Shown: positions 23,895 through 38,432 of the stretch, in pieces | Position numbering within the stretch: the stretch's first letter is position 1 | Layout of the letters: each line of letters starts with the position of its first letter | DNA from: Octopus vulgaris | Lineage: Eukaryota | Direction of reading: 5' to 3' | Assembly: GCA_951406725.2 (NCBI GenBank) | Contig: OX597818.1 | Coordinates: 3,224,001 to 3,288,000 of the forward strand | Length of the DNA: 64,000 nucleotides | Position numbers and translations under genes: made by a program | Notes under the pieces: model-generated | The model's input: the letters and a program-made list of their open reading frames with translations, nothing else | Database searches by the model: none | What the model was told of the DNA's origin: nothing

Positions 23895-26800
23895 TTAATC
23901 TTATTTCGGCCAGAGTTCTTTCGTCACACTTCTGTGACCGCATCAGTGGTCCTTTGTTTCCTTCTTTCTTATTTGTGTCTCTCTTTACTAACCGGCAGCC
24001 ATTTTGTATTTCTATTGTATGTCTTCATTTGCGCATGCTTATATCTCTATGTGCGTCTATGTTTATTTAGTGTGTGTATGTGGGGGGATGCCTGTAATAT
24101 TTGTATCTTCTGTTTATATACGTTCATGTAATTTGTATTTTGTTGTTGTTGTTTATCCTTATTTTGTTCATGTGTTTACATCCACTTATTATTATCATTA
24201 CATATGCTTGTATGTATGTATAACAACAATACTGGTAATAATAATAATAAATCGAATCGAAAAAAATATATATATATAGTTATTTATTTCTATTTGTTTA
24301 TTTATCTGTGTATTTATTATGTTTTCGGCATCCTCTATCGTCATATGTTGTGGTGTGTGCTAGTGCTCCATTCTAGTTTTCTATTCAGGCTAGGTTTATT
24401 TTCTATTATGTGTGTAGCTTCTGTAATTTGTCTGATTGTTGCATCTGTTCTATGTGTGGACAATATTTTAATTTCTATATTGTTGATTGATCCCCCGTGT
24501 TCCTGTTCGGCGTGTTGGTACAGAATTGATGAGCTTTTACCTTCCTTGAGTTGTCTCCAATGCTCATTTACCCTCTCTCCTATGCTTCTTGCCGTTTCCC
24601 CTACGTATGTCGTTGTCTTGTTACTGCATCGTCCCTCTATACATCTTATACTATAGACTACATTTCTGGCTTTACAGTTTGTTTGTGGGCTAAATCTACA
24701 TACAGTACAGTACTTATCCGTACAGGGTGTTCTACTAAAAGGATAGGTTCTACCAATTATAGATTTGATAGGGTTGCCTGGCTTTTCAACAACCTTAATT
24801 CTTAGCTTAAGTTTGTCTAGGGTCCTTCTAAAGCGGTACGCCAGTTCACCTCCAGGGGTGGTGTCAACGAACATGACACTCTGGTATTTATGGCTATCAT
24901 ACCAAGAGTTGGTCTTCCCTATTTTCTTTTTTTGTCCTTTCTATAGTGTTCCATGACTTGTTCCTATAGAGTGGGCAAATCCCATTCTTATCATAACATA
25001 ATATATTATCAAATTTCTTAATGGCTCCTTTGTATACTCTGATCCTTTCTTTATGGCTGTAACCTGAGAACTGCATGCGGTGAATGAAATATTGTATGTG
25101 TCTCTTTAACTCTGTGGGCTCGTACATGCGTGACACATTTCTCATTATTCTGACGAGGTCTGCCATCAAAATATTGAATTTAGCATTGTCCGCAATGGCT
25201 GAGTTCCAGTGGATCAAGTATTTTGAGGCCATAGGTTTGGCATAGTATGAATTTGGGTTTTATTATTCACAATTTCTAGCCAGAGTTCAGTGTCTAGTAC
25301 TGGTAGTCTATGGTTGGGGTGTTTAGTGGGGTAGTCTATTGTGACCTTAATACTCTGGTGGATGGAGTTAGCTATTTGCTGGATGCTCTCCATAGTATTA
25401 GTTTCTATTACTATATCAACATTACTCTCTTGTGGGGGTGCCTTTACCACTATGTTGATATCATCAACATAGCGAGAGTACATGTTTACGAGTGTGGAGT
25501 TCTGTGTTAGGCGTTCTTTAAGCCTTCTGTCCCACCATACCATGAAAAGGTTGGCCACATCACCAGCGATACTAACGCCGATGGCTGCCCCCTCGTCCCG
25601 GGCATATATTTTATTATTAAACTTAAACGTGTGGCCTTTTAGGGCAACTCTTATACTAGCTCCTAGTGCATGTGCGATCATTTTTTTTACCTGATGGACA
25701 TTTGCGGGGCTCCGTATGGCTCTGGTCCATCCGCGCCATCTTTCTATATGTGTCTTCCTAGCCATAGAAGTAATTGTGGGCGGTCTACCTCTTAAACATC
25801 TACTGGGGCAGAAACTACTAAGATTATGTTTATCTAAGTAGTTATTATTACATGTCAGTCTAAGTAGGAGGCCCAATTCCTCTGTGTTGACATTACAGAA
25901 CTCCACCTGGCTCTCGTTGATCATCTCCACGCACTTCTCCACCGCAAAATCTACGTCAGTCGATGGGTATAGGGATACCACATCCATGCTACCCACCATA
26001 CATCCTGTCAGGTCACAAGTGTTGTTACAGTCATTGATCCTGCTGAGATCTTCTGCGCTGTCACAAACATCAGGTGACATCCGGATTATAGGGCGTATGA
26101 TCATTGAGAGGAAGTAGGAGATTCTGTAATTGCTAGCGATATTCGCTCCACAGACTGGTCTTGTTGGTGGTCCTGCTATAGGGTCGGTAATTACTTTATG
26201 GTCCTTGCGAAGTCCACACAGTGCCAGGATATCATTGTTCCAGGCTTGGAAATGATTTGCTGTACGTTTCTGGGGTCCCAGAACAATTGTCCACATCATC
26301 ATGTGGGCGTTGAGGACCTTTTCTCTCTCCTCATGCGCCTGTACAGTTGTTATTTTTGTATTGGCGATATGAGGTTGCATTGCCTGGATGTAGTTCGGTA
26401 AGCTGTCTATTGACATCCTGCCGGACTTATCTGTGGGAAGGCATATCACCTCTCCGTTCCTCGTGCGCTGAATGAGCTTATGTAGGCCACATGCAGGTTT
26501 AATCCCGAGTTGTTGGGCCTCTGTCTTATTCTGTCTCTGTCTCTTAGTGTATAATCCTAAAATCTGTCTAAGTTTGGTCCTAGCTATAGTGAACTGTGCT
26601 TCCATATGGTCATTAGTATGTCTTGGGATGTAGACTCTTTTGTTGAAGGGTAATGTTGTTGGATAAATCCGGCTCATGCAGTAAGATTTGTCACATACGT
26701 TGAAGAATTGAGTGTCAAAGGGATGGGTATACATGTCAATGGTCTTTCTAGGGTTATCTTCATTATCGTTACTGTTTCCATCATCAGCCTCCCTATTATT

Positions 26801-28650
26801 ATTACCACCACTACTATTATTACTATTACCACCACAACTATCACTACTACCATCATTACTACTTCTGCTGTTACCACCACCACTATTATTGTTATTACCG
26901 TTATTCCTACCATTGCCATTATTGCTATCATTCTGATTATCGCTAGTGATATTTTCATTGTTCCTGTTTCTGGTGTATGTGTTGTTCATATTAGTGTTGG
27001 GTTTTATGCCTGTCTGTTGGTCCCTGTCATTCCCTCTGTTGTGGTTGTTATTTTTGTTCCAACGAGTATTGTTATCTGTTTCAAGTCCGCTGACTCCCTG
27101 TCCAAGGATCCTGTTGCATTCAACTTTATTTTCCATCGTGACCCCCATGACAACTTTTATTCGTGTCTTTGTGACTATGGTTATCTGTCTGTGTTTGTGT
27201 GTCGGTTCTCCCTATAATTGTTGTTGTTGTTGCTGTTGTATACGATTTTTTTCTTTCTGTTTATGTTTTTGTATTTGTATCTATTGTTTGTGTCTATGCA
27301 TTCATTTTTTCTATTGTTGTTGTTGTTGCCGCTGTTAGGGTTTGTGTTGCTTTTATTGCTACGGTTGTTATTGCTGCGGTCATTATTGTTTGTGTTGTTT
27401 CTGCTGCGGTTAGTGTTCTTCGCGTTGTTGCTGTTGTCGCAAGTGTTGTTGTCATTGTATCAATTTAAATTCCAACGTATTTTTGTGAACGACTTTTCAA
27501 TCTCGGACAGGCATTTGATGGTATTCACCTTACTATACACTGCATACTTTGGTGGTAGTTGAAGTATCGATATTTCGTCTGGGTCCGTTGTTACTCCCCC
27601 ATAGATGTTCGCTTCATTGTCTTTATTGAACTCTTCTGGTAGTAGCACATCTTCCATAATAATTCCATTTATTGTATCTGGATACTTCTGCTTTTCTTCC
27701 TTTGCGAGCTCATATTGATGTTTCTGTTTCAACCACGATAACTTCCTCTTAAAATGGATATTGCATTGGTGTATTACGTGTCTGTTTTCTTCATATATTA
27801 TATCCATTAGTAAGGTTTTCTCCTTTCGTGTGGTGATGTTTTTAATTTCTTTTAAAAATATACGTTTACGCTTCTCGTTCGCTCAGCCCTCTGTATATTT
27901 TACTTCTAATATTTACCATTAGCGTCCTTTTTAGCCTTTCAGCATGTCCGTTAGTGAGGTCAAACCGTTTAACGTTGGCTGTGACCTTGTTGATACATAT
28001 TCTGGACGAGACACATTGTTTTATAAAACGAAGCTGTTGCGTTGTCACAGTTTTCTTTAGGCAACAGAATATAGTGTTCTTCAGCTTCTTGCAAGCCTGG
28101 CTATGGCTCACGTTAGTACGTTTAAATATTTGTTGGGCAAGATTTTTTATGTGAAGTCGTGTGTTGAAACAGATATTGTTATATTTCGGAATGGTCATTT
28201 TGCCAGTTTAGCCAATAAAAACACACGCACTATATATTTGGTGTTATTTATTTTTTACATTAATCTTAATCTTATTTCGGCCAGAGTTCTTTCGTCACAC
28301 TCTTGTGACCGCATCAGTGGTCCTTTGTTTTTTTCTTTCTTATTTGTGTCTCTCCTTACTAACCGGCAGCCATTTTGTATTTCTATTGTATGTCTTCATT
28401 TGCGCATGCTTATATCTCTATGTGCGTCTGTTTATTTAGTGTGTGTATGTGGGGGATGCCTGTAATATTTGTATCTTCTGTTTATAACGTTCATGTAATT
28501 TGTATTTTGTTTTTGTTGTTGTTGTTTTTGTTTATCCTTATTTTGTTCATGTGTTTACATCCACTTATTATCATTACATATGCTTGTATGTATGTATGTA
28601 TGTATAACAACAATACTAGTAATAATAGTAATAAATCGAATCGAAACCCC
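23895..28650 (-). mobile_element. Near full-length PLE (RT + Cys-rich linker + C-terminal GIY-YIG, Neptune-like architecture) with direct pLTRs; frameshifted
   Basis: PTDKSG, MDVVSLYPS, GAAIG, RYVDD, CTDKYCTVC, NVVYSIRC..YVGETARSIGERVNEH; 23895-24260 repeated at ~28267-28645. Confidence 0.92.
23908..23952 (-). ncRNA. pLTR hammerhead variant (copies: 28279-28323 -, 29524-29568 +, 964-1008 +)
   Basis: GGACCA-CUGAUGCG-GUCACA GAAG UGUGAC-GAAA-GAAC-UC-UGGCC. Confidence 0.65.
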
Positions 28651-28666
28651 CCCCCCCAAAAAAAAC

Positions 28667-29735
28667 AAAGAATTAAGGTTGTTGAAAAGCCAGGCAACCC
28701 TATCAAATCTATAATTGGTAGAACCTATCCTTTTAGTAGAACACCCTGTACGGATAAGTACTGTACTGTATGTAGATTTAGCCCACAAACAAGCTGTAAA
28801 GCCAGAAATGTAGTCTATAGTATAAGATGTATAGAGGGACGATGCAGTAACAAGACAACGACATACGTAGGGGAAACGGCAAGAAGCATAGGAGAGCGGG
28901 TAAATGAGCATTGGAGACAACTCAAGGAAGGTAAAAGCTCATCAATTCTGTACCAACACGCCGAACAGGAACACGGGGGATCAATCAACAATATAGAAAT
29001 TAAAATATTGTCCACACATAGAACAGATGCAACAATCAGACAAATTACAGAAGCTACACATATAACAGAAAATAAACCTAGCCTGAATAGAAAACTAGAA
29101 TGGAGCACTAGCACACACCACAACATATGACGATAGAGGATGCCGAAAACATAATAAATACACAGATAAATAAACAAATAGAAATAAATAACTATATATA
29201 TTTTTTTTCTCGATTCGATTTATTATTATTATTACCAGTATTGTTGTTATACATACATACAAGCATATGTAATGATAATAATAAGTGGATGTAAATACAT
29301 GAACAAAATAAGGATAAACAAAAACAACAACAACAAAATACAAATTACATGAACATATATAAACAGAAGATACAAATATTACAGGCATCCCCCCACATAC
29401 ACACACTAAATAAACATAGACGCACATAGAGATATAAGCATGCGCAAATGAAGACATACAATAGAAATACAAAATGGCTGCCGGTTAGTAAAGAGAGACA
29501 CAAATAAGAAAGAAGAAAACAAAGGACCACTGATGCGGTCACAGAAGTGTGACAAAAGAACTCTGGCCGAAATAAGGTTAAGATTAATGTAAAAAATAAA
29601 TAACACTGAAGCGAATATATAGTGCGTGTGTTTTTATTGGCTAAACTGGCAAAATGACCATTCCGAAATATAGCAATATCTGTTTCAACACACGACTTCA
29701 CATAAAAAAATCTTGCACAACAAATATTTAAACGT
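28667..29735 (+). mobile_element. Inverted, 5'-truncated second copy of the PLE (GIY-YIG, UTR, pLTR)
   Basis: Near-identical reverse complement of 23895-24802, extending further into the ORF start. Confidence 0.93.
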
Positions 29736-29860
29736 ATATATATATATATATATATATACTTTATTTAAAGCAGCAGAAAATTCAATATATATATATATAC
29801 ACAGGGGTGGCCAAAAGTAAATCAAAATATATTATATATATATATAATATATATATATAT

Positions 29861-30066
29861 CATCATCATCGTCATCATCGTTTATCGTCTGCTCTCCATG
29901 CTAGCATGTGTTGGACGATTTGACTGAGGTCTGGCGAACCAGATGGCTGCACCAGACTCCAATCTGATCTGGCAGAGTTTCTACAACTGGATGCCCTTCG
30001 TAATGCCAACCCCTCCGAGAGTGTAGTGGGTGCTTTTACGTGCCACCGGCACGAGGGCCAGTCAGG
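29861..30066 (-). mobile_element. RTE 3'-end fragment
   Basis: (CAT)n followed by ggatgcccttcgtaatgccaacc. Confidence 0.8.
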
Positions 30067-30229
30067 TGGTGTATATACATCCCTCCCACACCAAACGGGT
30101 CATCCCCTACTCCCAGTTCCTCTGCCTCCGACGCCTGTAGAGGTGGGACCAGTATCTCGAGACCCAGTATCAGTACCTGGCCCTCTTGTTCCTGCATTGC
30201 AGATACCCATCCATCCTTGTCCAAACTAC

Positions 30230-30605
30230 CCTTTTGCACTCATCAAAACAATCGCACTACTGCATTCTCTCCTTCCCAACACCAATCTCCCAACCACATC
30301 GCCTTTCCCTTCCTTTCCAGCCCGCCACCCTACTCCTTCATCGGAAGATCATGTGAGCCTTCCGTCGCCTCCAGCTAGATCCCACTACCCTCCCCATTTT
30401 CTCCAACCTACCCTTGCCCTCCTTCAAACTCACCCATAACCTAAGCAATCTACTGGTCCGAAGCTCCCTCCTCCAACATTCCAATCCAACCCACATCTTT
30501 TCTTTGCTCCAGATCCTGTTGCCACACCTGTCCTTTCACTGGATCCAACCAGCAAACCCCCTACATTAGGAACTCCTTCCACACTTCTTCAAGCTGCATT
30601 TACTG
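30230..30605 (+). mobile_element. Highly decayed PLE-like fragment truncated by the Gypsy LTR
   Basis: Loose resemblance to 38950-39290 (linker leading into the start of GIY-YIG). Confidence 0.4.
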
Positions 30606-33600
30606 TGTAGCAGCGCAAGCAGTCAGCGCCATAATGGATGAGATCTCACGGCAGCAATTGCCATCTCCGAGACTGGAGTGAGACCTCACTTGCATCCATT
30701 TGCCATGCACAAGAGGCTCGTGATGGCAAATTGTATATAAGGGCAAAACAGAAACAGATTGAGCCTTTTCCTTTCTGCCTCTTAGCAGCAGTGCTTGCTG
30801 ATCGTACTCCATTGGCTGGGCCTGTCTGTATGTTGTGCCTCCAGAGGCAATGTGCTTGCACTAATGGAGCTACTACACAATGCACACAGCTAAAGATGAT
30901 TGCTGAGAGCAGCACACTTCACCTTTCCTGTGAACACTGTAAAAAAAACAGTTGTAAATTGCATTTGTACTTGAAGTCTTATCTCTTCGCCTGCCTACAC
31001 GAACTACACGAAGAACAAAAAGAGATAATGGAGGAAGGCGATATTCTCCCGATATCATAAACCTTGCCATCCATTATAAAATGGTAACCCCCCCCCCCCC
31101 GACGTAGAAAAGTTTATTTTTCGGCAGCCACAAGCTTCATCGCATAGATGCCTCAACCGAATCACGGTCTGGCAGTTTTCACTCGCTTCCAACTGGTAAA
31201 CACATCAATGGCCACAACTTCAGCTGTCCATCAACTTCTACCAAGCCGACCATCACCTTCCAGCCATCGTTCTTGTCTACCGCAATATTCGGATTACCTC
31301 ACGTGGTGAAATGCAACAATACCAGTTCACAAGCTAATTACCCCACGTGGAAACAGAATTTTACCGGTCGCGCGTCACTTTCTGGCGATTTTTTAACTGA
31401 CAAAAGAAGAAAAAATATTTATTGGTACAAGCACACACATACCATTACAGAGGGTTTTTTTTTTTGCATTTATTTGTTTTCTTTCAGCACACACACACAG
31501 GTTTAGCCACAAAATTTTTCTTGTTTGTGCATTCAGTACACAATTCTATAAATTTTGTTCAGAAAATTTTTTTTCTCTCGCACACACTACTATTTCCAAC
31601 AACACTTTTGTCTCAATTTTTACGGCATCTCTGCGAGCTCAGCGACATGACTGAGAACAGCTCACTTTTACGGAAGCTTTTCTTCTCTCAGCTACCTCCT
31701 AATGTGCAAACCATTTTAGCCACAGCAGTTGATACCAACACCATGGATCAACTAGCTACCATGGCTGATAAGATTTTAGAGTTCGCTATCCAGCCAGCAC
31801 CTCGCCATGCCTGCTCTTGCTCAGAGATTTCCTCCGCTGCATCTTCCTCATTACAGGATGATATCTTGGAGAAACTTGCCTCCTTAACACACCGAATGGA
31901 TGCACTATAGGGGGGGGCAACAACTCTTTGCATTGTCGCAGTCGAAGCCAGTCCCGCTCACGCTCGACCGATTCCTCTTCAACTAGCTCCTGTCTATGTT
32001 GGTACCACGCCAGGTATCAGCATAAAGCCTGCAAATGCATTCGGCCTTGCTCTTTCCCATTGGCGGGCTTGAGCACGTCCAGCACTTCCGGCCAATCAAA
32101 CTCAAATCGGGCAATTTTTGTGAAGGACTGCGTGTCTAATCAGGCGTTTATGGTTGACACAGGTTCTAGTTGCTCTATTTGGCCTTTGTGTCTCGCTACA
32201 GACAAGACAAATTGCTCAGAGATCACCTTGCACACGGTCAATTGGTCTCCCATTGCGACTTATGGACAAATTTCATTAAATATTGACATTACCCTTTGCC
32301 GGGATTTTAGGTGGATTTTTGTCATAGCTGATCTCCCACATCCTGTTCTGGGTGTGGATCTTTTGAACAATTTTAACCTGTTGGTAGATGTCAAGCGAAA
32401 GAGACTTGTTGATGGTTCTACGTCTTTGTCTACACCTGCAAAGGCCACTACCAATGCTGTTCTCAGTCCTTCATTTTTTGTTGCCACTACTGGTGATGCA
32501 TTTCATTCACTCTTAGCTTCTTTCCCAGAGCTGGTGGATCAGCTATTCCAAACGGCAAAACCTACTCACTCAACTCTCCACTAAATTACCACCACTAGGC
32601 CACCTGTCTTTTCACGCCCGCAGTGACTTGCTCCTGACCGTCTTAAGAAGGCTAGGTCCGAGTTTGAGCATATGTGCCAGCTTGGCCTTATTCGCCCTCC
32701 ACCAGCGGATTCAGATTTTTGCCCGGTGGGCGATTACAGATGTTTGAATGTAGTCACTGTTCCCGATCGCTATCCCATAAGAATTCTCCAGGACTTCTCT
32801 AATTTGCACGGTTGTACTATTTTTTCTTAGGTCGACTTTGTTTGTGCCTATCACCAAATACTGGTCAATCCTGAGGATGTACCAAAAACTGCCACCACTA
32901 CTCCTTTTGGCAGCTTCGAGTTCCTTTTTATGAGCTTCGGTCTGCGAAACGCCAAGAGCACGTTCCAAAGATTTATCGACGAAGTTGCCCGTGGACTTGA
33001 TTTTGTGTTTGCTTATGTTGATGACATACTCATTGCAAGCAACATACGTGAGAATCACCTCCAACACTTAAATCAACTCTTTCAGCATCTTCGCGCCTAC
33101 AATGTGTGAATCAACCCCGATGAGTGTGTTTTTGGGCAGTCCTCTCTGGAATTTCTGGGGCATTATATCAACTCCAATGGGATCAGACCTCTCTCTTCCA
33201 AAGTTGATGCAATTCAGTGCATCGTACCCCCACTTCACTATGCCAACTCCGCCATTTTTGGGGAGTCTTCAACTTCTACAGATGCTTCATTCGTGATTGT
33301 ACAGACAAGTTACTTCCCTTGACTCAGCTATTGCAAGCAAATGCAAAACAGAATTCTCCTATTACTTTATCTTCCGAGGCATTATCTGCTTTTGAGTCAA
33401 TCAAGAAGGAAATAGCTTCTGTCCCTTTGTTTGCACATCCAGTTCCCGACGATCTGCTCTCTATAACTGTTGATGCATCGGATTCTGCGGTTGGTGCTGT
33501 TTTACAGCACACCGTAGACAATCAGACTAAACCTTTGATGTTTTTTTCTCATCAATTAAAGTTAGCTGAACGTCAGTACATTTGATTGCGAGCTCTAGGC

Positions 33601-35785
33601 AATCTACCTGTCAATTCGTCATTTTCAACATCAACTCGAGGGCTGAGATTTTGTGATTTATACTAATCACAAGCCTCTTATGTTTGCTCTGTCATATAAA
33701 TCAGACAAGCACTCGCCTTGTGCTTTTCGTCATATGGACTACATTTCCCAGTTCACGAGTGACATTCAGCACATACCTGGAACGGAGAATGTGCCTGCCG
33801 ACGCACTCTGTCATCTTCCTGTGGGCTCCCTTTCATCTCCTGCTGCAATCGATTTAACTGCCATTGCGCAGGATCAGCCAGCCCTGGACACTTTGGATTT
33901 AGCTTCTACCAAGTTGTCCTGTTGCAAGTTTGCCTATCTCCCCCTACCAACTGCTGAAGGCACCATTCTTTGTGACACAGCTACTGGTTCTCCCAGATCG
34001 TTTGTACCTGAAAACCACCAGCACTCCGTGTTTGATGCCTTGCACTCACTGTCACATCCTGGCGTCGTTGCCTTGGTGAAGCTTATTACGGCTCGGTTTT
34101 TCTGACCTAATATGTGCTAGATGATCACCGATTGGGCACGCTCTTGTGTAAAGTACCAGCATTCTAAAATCCACAGGCATATTCGCACTCCTCTTGGACA
34201 GTTTTCTCCTCTGGAGACTTGCTTTCGCCATGTCCATATTGATCTGGTTGGACCATGGCCTGTCAATCACAGTTTGTGTCAATCAATTTCTCTCATTGGC
34301 CAGAGGCCATTCCAATAGTGGACATTTCCACTGAGTCAGTTGCTCGAGCTTTCATTTCTAATTGGATTGCTCACTTTGGTGTCCCTGCTGAAATAACCAC
34401 TGATCACGGACACCAGTTCGAGGCTTCCCTATTTCGTGAATTATCATGAATCCTAGGAGTTCATCACTTTCGTACAACCAGTTACCACCCAGCCTCCAAC
34501 GGGATGGCTGAACGTTTTCACAGGGAATTGAAGGCTGCCCTACACGCCACTTCTGACCCGCAGTCTTGGACAGAATTTCTGCCTGTCATTCTTCTTGATT
34601 GTTGCATTGCTGTTAAAGCAGACTTAGGTTTCTCCTCTGCTGAACTCCTTTACAGTACCACCCTGGCACTCTTTGGTACAATGTTAGTGGCAGATAACTC
34701 GTCACCTCCTGATTCAACGTCGTATGTCACCAGACTTCGCTCGTATTTCTCAAGTCTTCCATCCATGCATCCGCGTGACCAGTCTATTCCCTCTCACGTC
34801 CCTCCGGATATTGACAAGGGACTCATGTTTTTGTTCTGGATAGTTCTGTCAGAGGACTTCTCATTTCTCTTTATAAGGGACCAGTTCATGTGCTATCATG
34901 CACACCCAAAACTTTAGTCTCGACAAATGATCGGGCAGAGACAGTGTCGGTCAATAGACTTAAAAGGGCACATTTTGAGGTGTCCACATCCTTCCATGAC
35001 ACCCCAAACATGCCCGCCTTTGATACTTTACAACCATCTACACATCCACCTGCACATGCACCTTTGACCACACCATCACCTACACCTTCGTCGCCACTAC
35101 CTAACACAAACAAACCCTATGTCACCAAGACTGGCCGCACTGTGCATTGATCCAAAAAACTCACTAAAACTATTTATATCTGACAATCTCTTTTGCGTTT
35201 CCTGTGACAGACAATTGCTTTCTTGTGTTACTGAACAGTTCCAATACTCTGCCATTGAACATTTTGTCAAATTTTGTGCATGCCAATTTATATTTCTTGC
35301 AATTATTTTTCTATTTGACTTGTCACATTTTTGTACCATATCTTGCGGAGTGGTTGGCGTTAGGAAGGGCATCCAGCTGTAGAAACACTGCCAGATCAGA
35401 CTGGAGCCTGGTGCAGCCCCTGGCTTCCCAGACCCCAGTCGAACCGTCCAACCCGTGCTAGCACGGAAAACGGATGTTAAACGATGATGATGATGATGAT
35501 GATCTTGTTGGTTGTGATCAGTTACCATCTTTGTTCTTTCTTGTGCCTGCTCTAATTATTCTGTTTTCACACTGTCACACTCTGGGGGGGAGTCCTTGTA
35601 GTAGCACAATCAGTCAGCGCCATATTGGATGAGATCTCGTGGCAGCCATTGCCATCTCTGAGACTGGAGCAAGACCTCACTTGCATCCATTTACCATGTG
35701 CAAGACCACAACGAGGCTCGTGATGGCAAACTTTATATAAGGGCAAAACAGAAACAGATTCAGCCTTTTCATCTCTGCCTCTTAG
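30606..35785 (+). mobile_element. Decayed Ty3/Gypsy LTR retrotransposon (gag-PR-RT-RH-IN); 5' LTR 30606-~31078, truncated 3' LTR 35597-35785
   Basis: LTRs start TGTAG; PBS tggtaacc(c)ncgacgt resembles the tRNA-Trp complement; G-rich PPT at ~35584; VDTGS, YVDD, VDASD, HIDLVGP, NGMAERFH. Confidence 0.93.
35346..35503 (+). mobile_element. RTE 3'-end fragment nested in the Gypsy element
   Basis: ggagtggttggcgttaggaagggcatccagc ... (GAT)n. Confidence 0.85.
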
Positions 35786-36340
35786 GTGCCTCTCGAAAAA
35801 GTAAGATTATATTTCAAAATATGAAAAATACAAATCGAAATTCTAAACTAAGAATGAAAGGTGGTTGTGCCATTCAATACATTTAGGTTAATTATGGTAT
35901 GACAGTTTTATTCAATTTTGAATCTGAAACTTTATATGGATAAGAACTACATTAGCATCAATCTATCCCCTAAATTGATGTCTTATGGACATATTCAGTG
36001 CACGACTATGTTTCAGTTGATTTCAGTCATAGCTTCAGTAGTTTTCATTTCAATACTAAATTTGAAAAATAAGCTATTGAAATATACAACATTAAACTCA
36101 ATCTTTTAATACATCCTCATGTATTGAGGCTCTATTTCAATTTTTTTCATTCATATAGTGACGAGAATTTTCATCTTTTCAATTAATTTTGCAAGACTTC
36201 TCAAAAGAGTCCAATAATATGCGTCACACTGCCACTTTTCACAGCTCACTGGTCACTTGTCTCAGTCTCAGTTTGACTCTGTTAGTGATCTGTGCTTTTT
36301 GTGTGAGACAATTCATATTAACAAACTAATTTACTTATAA

Positions 36341-37990
36341 AATGGAAAAGCTTATTAAGAGAAAACATAACTGTGACGATTATGAATCTGAAAGTGAATG
36401 TTCGTCAAAAGCAATTAAGCGTAGTGACAATAATGCAAAAGCTTGACCTAATCGTAAATATTGCCATAGCTATTTCAAGTGTGGGTTTCATTGGACTGGC
36501 AAAGAGGATTGACCTCTTCCGCTCTGTGTTGTTTGTGGTGAAAAGATGTCTAACGAAGGCATGTTGCCCAGCAAGTTGAAAAGACATTTTACGCCTAAAC
36601 ATTCACATCTTCAATGTAAAGATCTGAATTATTTCCAAAGACTGCTAGAAACATAGAAACTATTTTCAAAAAAGGATGAATGCTTCTGAAAAGGCTCAAG
36701 CAGCATCTATTGAGATAACCAAAATGGTTGCACTACAAACGAAATTGCATACTTTAGCCGAGCCGATTATCTTACCCACTTGTAGAAAGATGGTTAAAAC
36801 CATATTGAGTGATGAAGCTGAGCAAGAAAAAGCAAGATTCTGCTCTCAAATAATACAATCCATAGGAGCAACAAAGCACAATTACATTTATTCGCTTTAT
36901 TGATGGTAACCAAATCATAAATCAGTTCTTTTGTTGCAAAGAAATGCCACCCACTACAAGAGGTCAAAATATTTTCAACATTTTATCTGCTTGCCTCGAA
37001 AAATGGAATCTATCCAGTTCATGTGTTGGAATATGTACCAATAGGGCACCATCTATGATAGGCTTTATTAAAGGTTTTGTATTGTTCATACAACAGAAAA
37101 ATCCTAATGTTATACATATTCATTGCTTCCTACATAGTAGGGTATTAGTTTCAAAAACAACACCAGTTGAGTTAAAGCAAATATTAAATTGTTAATTATA
37201 TTAAAAAGGGGCTGTTGAAATGTCGCTTATTTGAACAAATTTGTATTGATATGGATTCCCAGCACAAGCGCTTACATTTACACACAACAGTCAAATGGCT
37301 TTCAAAAGGTAAGATGCTACGTTGCATACATGAACTCCAGAAGGAATTGCAAGCATTTTTTAAAGAAGAAAAACATGAACGCTTCTTGGAATATCTACAA
37401 TATGAAATTTTGGTTTCCAAGCTGGAATATTTTGCAGAGATATTTGCTTAATAACGCCAACACAGGTATGAAAGGTAGAAATGAAAACATTCTCACTTCA
37501 ACAGAAAGTTGCAATCAGGAAAAATAGAGCTGGGAGTGGTAACTTCGAAATGTTTCCCTTAATACATAAAAGCGGCATAAAAGAAATTATTTCTATTGTA
37601 TTTGAATATTTGACAGATCTGGAAGAAGAAATAAACTTATTTTCCGTCATTGAACACAGAAGAGTATAATTGGGTACAAAATCTCTTCATAAAAATTTCA
37701 TCTAATATTGGTCTGAAAATATGTGAAGAAGAGGAACGCAGACTTAAAATCAATTATGCTGAGTTACCTTTTTATACATTTTGGATTGCTCTTATAGGAG
37801 AATACCCCTCAGTAGCAAAAACAGCTTTATCCATTTTGATGCAATTATTTTTATTGTATTTATGTCAGTTGAGATTTTTCAACCCTCAATAACATCAAAT
37901 CCAAAAAAAGAGAGAGGCTTCATTGCATCTCAAATACGTCCCAGTATTGAAAACGTTCCAAAAAACATGAAGCGCATGTTTCTGATTGAT
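36341..37990 (+). mobile_element. Decayed hAT (Buster/Charlie-like) transposase
   Basis: BED finger PLCVVCGE..PSKLKRH, CVGICTNRAPSM, HCFLH, VKWLSKGK, FWI..EYP. Confidence 0.88.
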
Positions 37991-38108
37991 AATTTTGCTT
38001 CATATATTCAATAAAGAGTAAGTACATGCAATTTTTCTATAGTTTATGCTCTGCTTAATATGTATAATAATATGCATACACACACGCTACCATACATACA
38101 CCTGCTAC

Positions 38109-38140
<32 letters not shown>

Positions 38141-38432
38141 GATCATCTTCACACTCTCTTGTCCCAGAAAGCACTTTTTCTCCTACTTCTGGTCACTTCA
38201 GAAATGTAACCACACGTGGACTGTTGGTGATTTTCCCAGCATTCTTCCTTCTTTCTCTTTGGACTTTCCTGTTTTTCTTGTCTCCGTCAAAGAGCTATAC
38301 TCAAAACGTAAAACAACTCTCTTCTTTCACAGAGCGTCATATTAATACATCATTACTTGTGCTACATCCTCACCTTTGTTTGTTTTTTCTCCACTTTTTT
38401 ACTATACATACATACACACACACACACTCACA

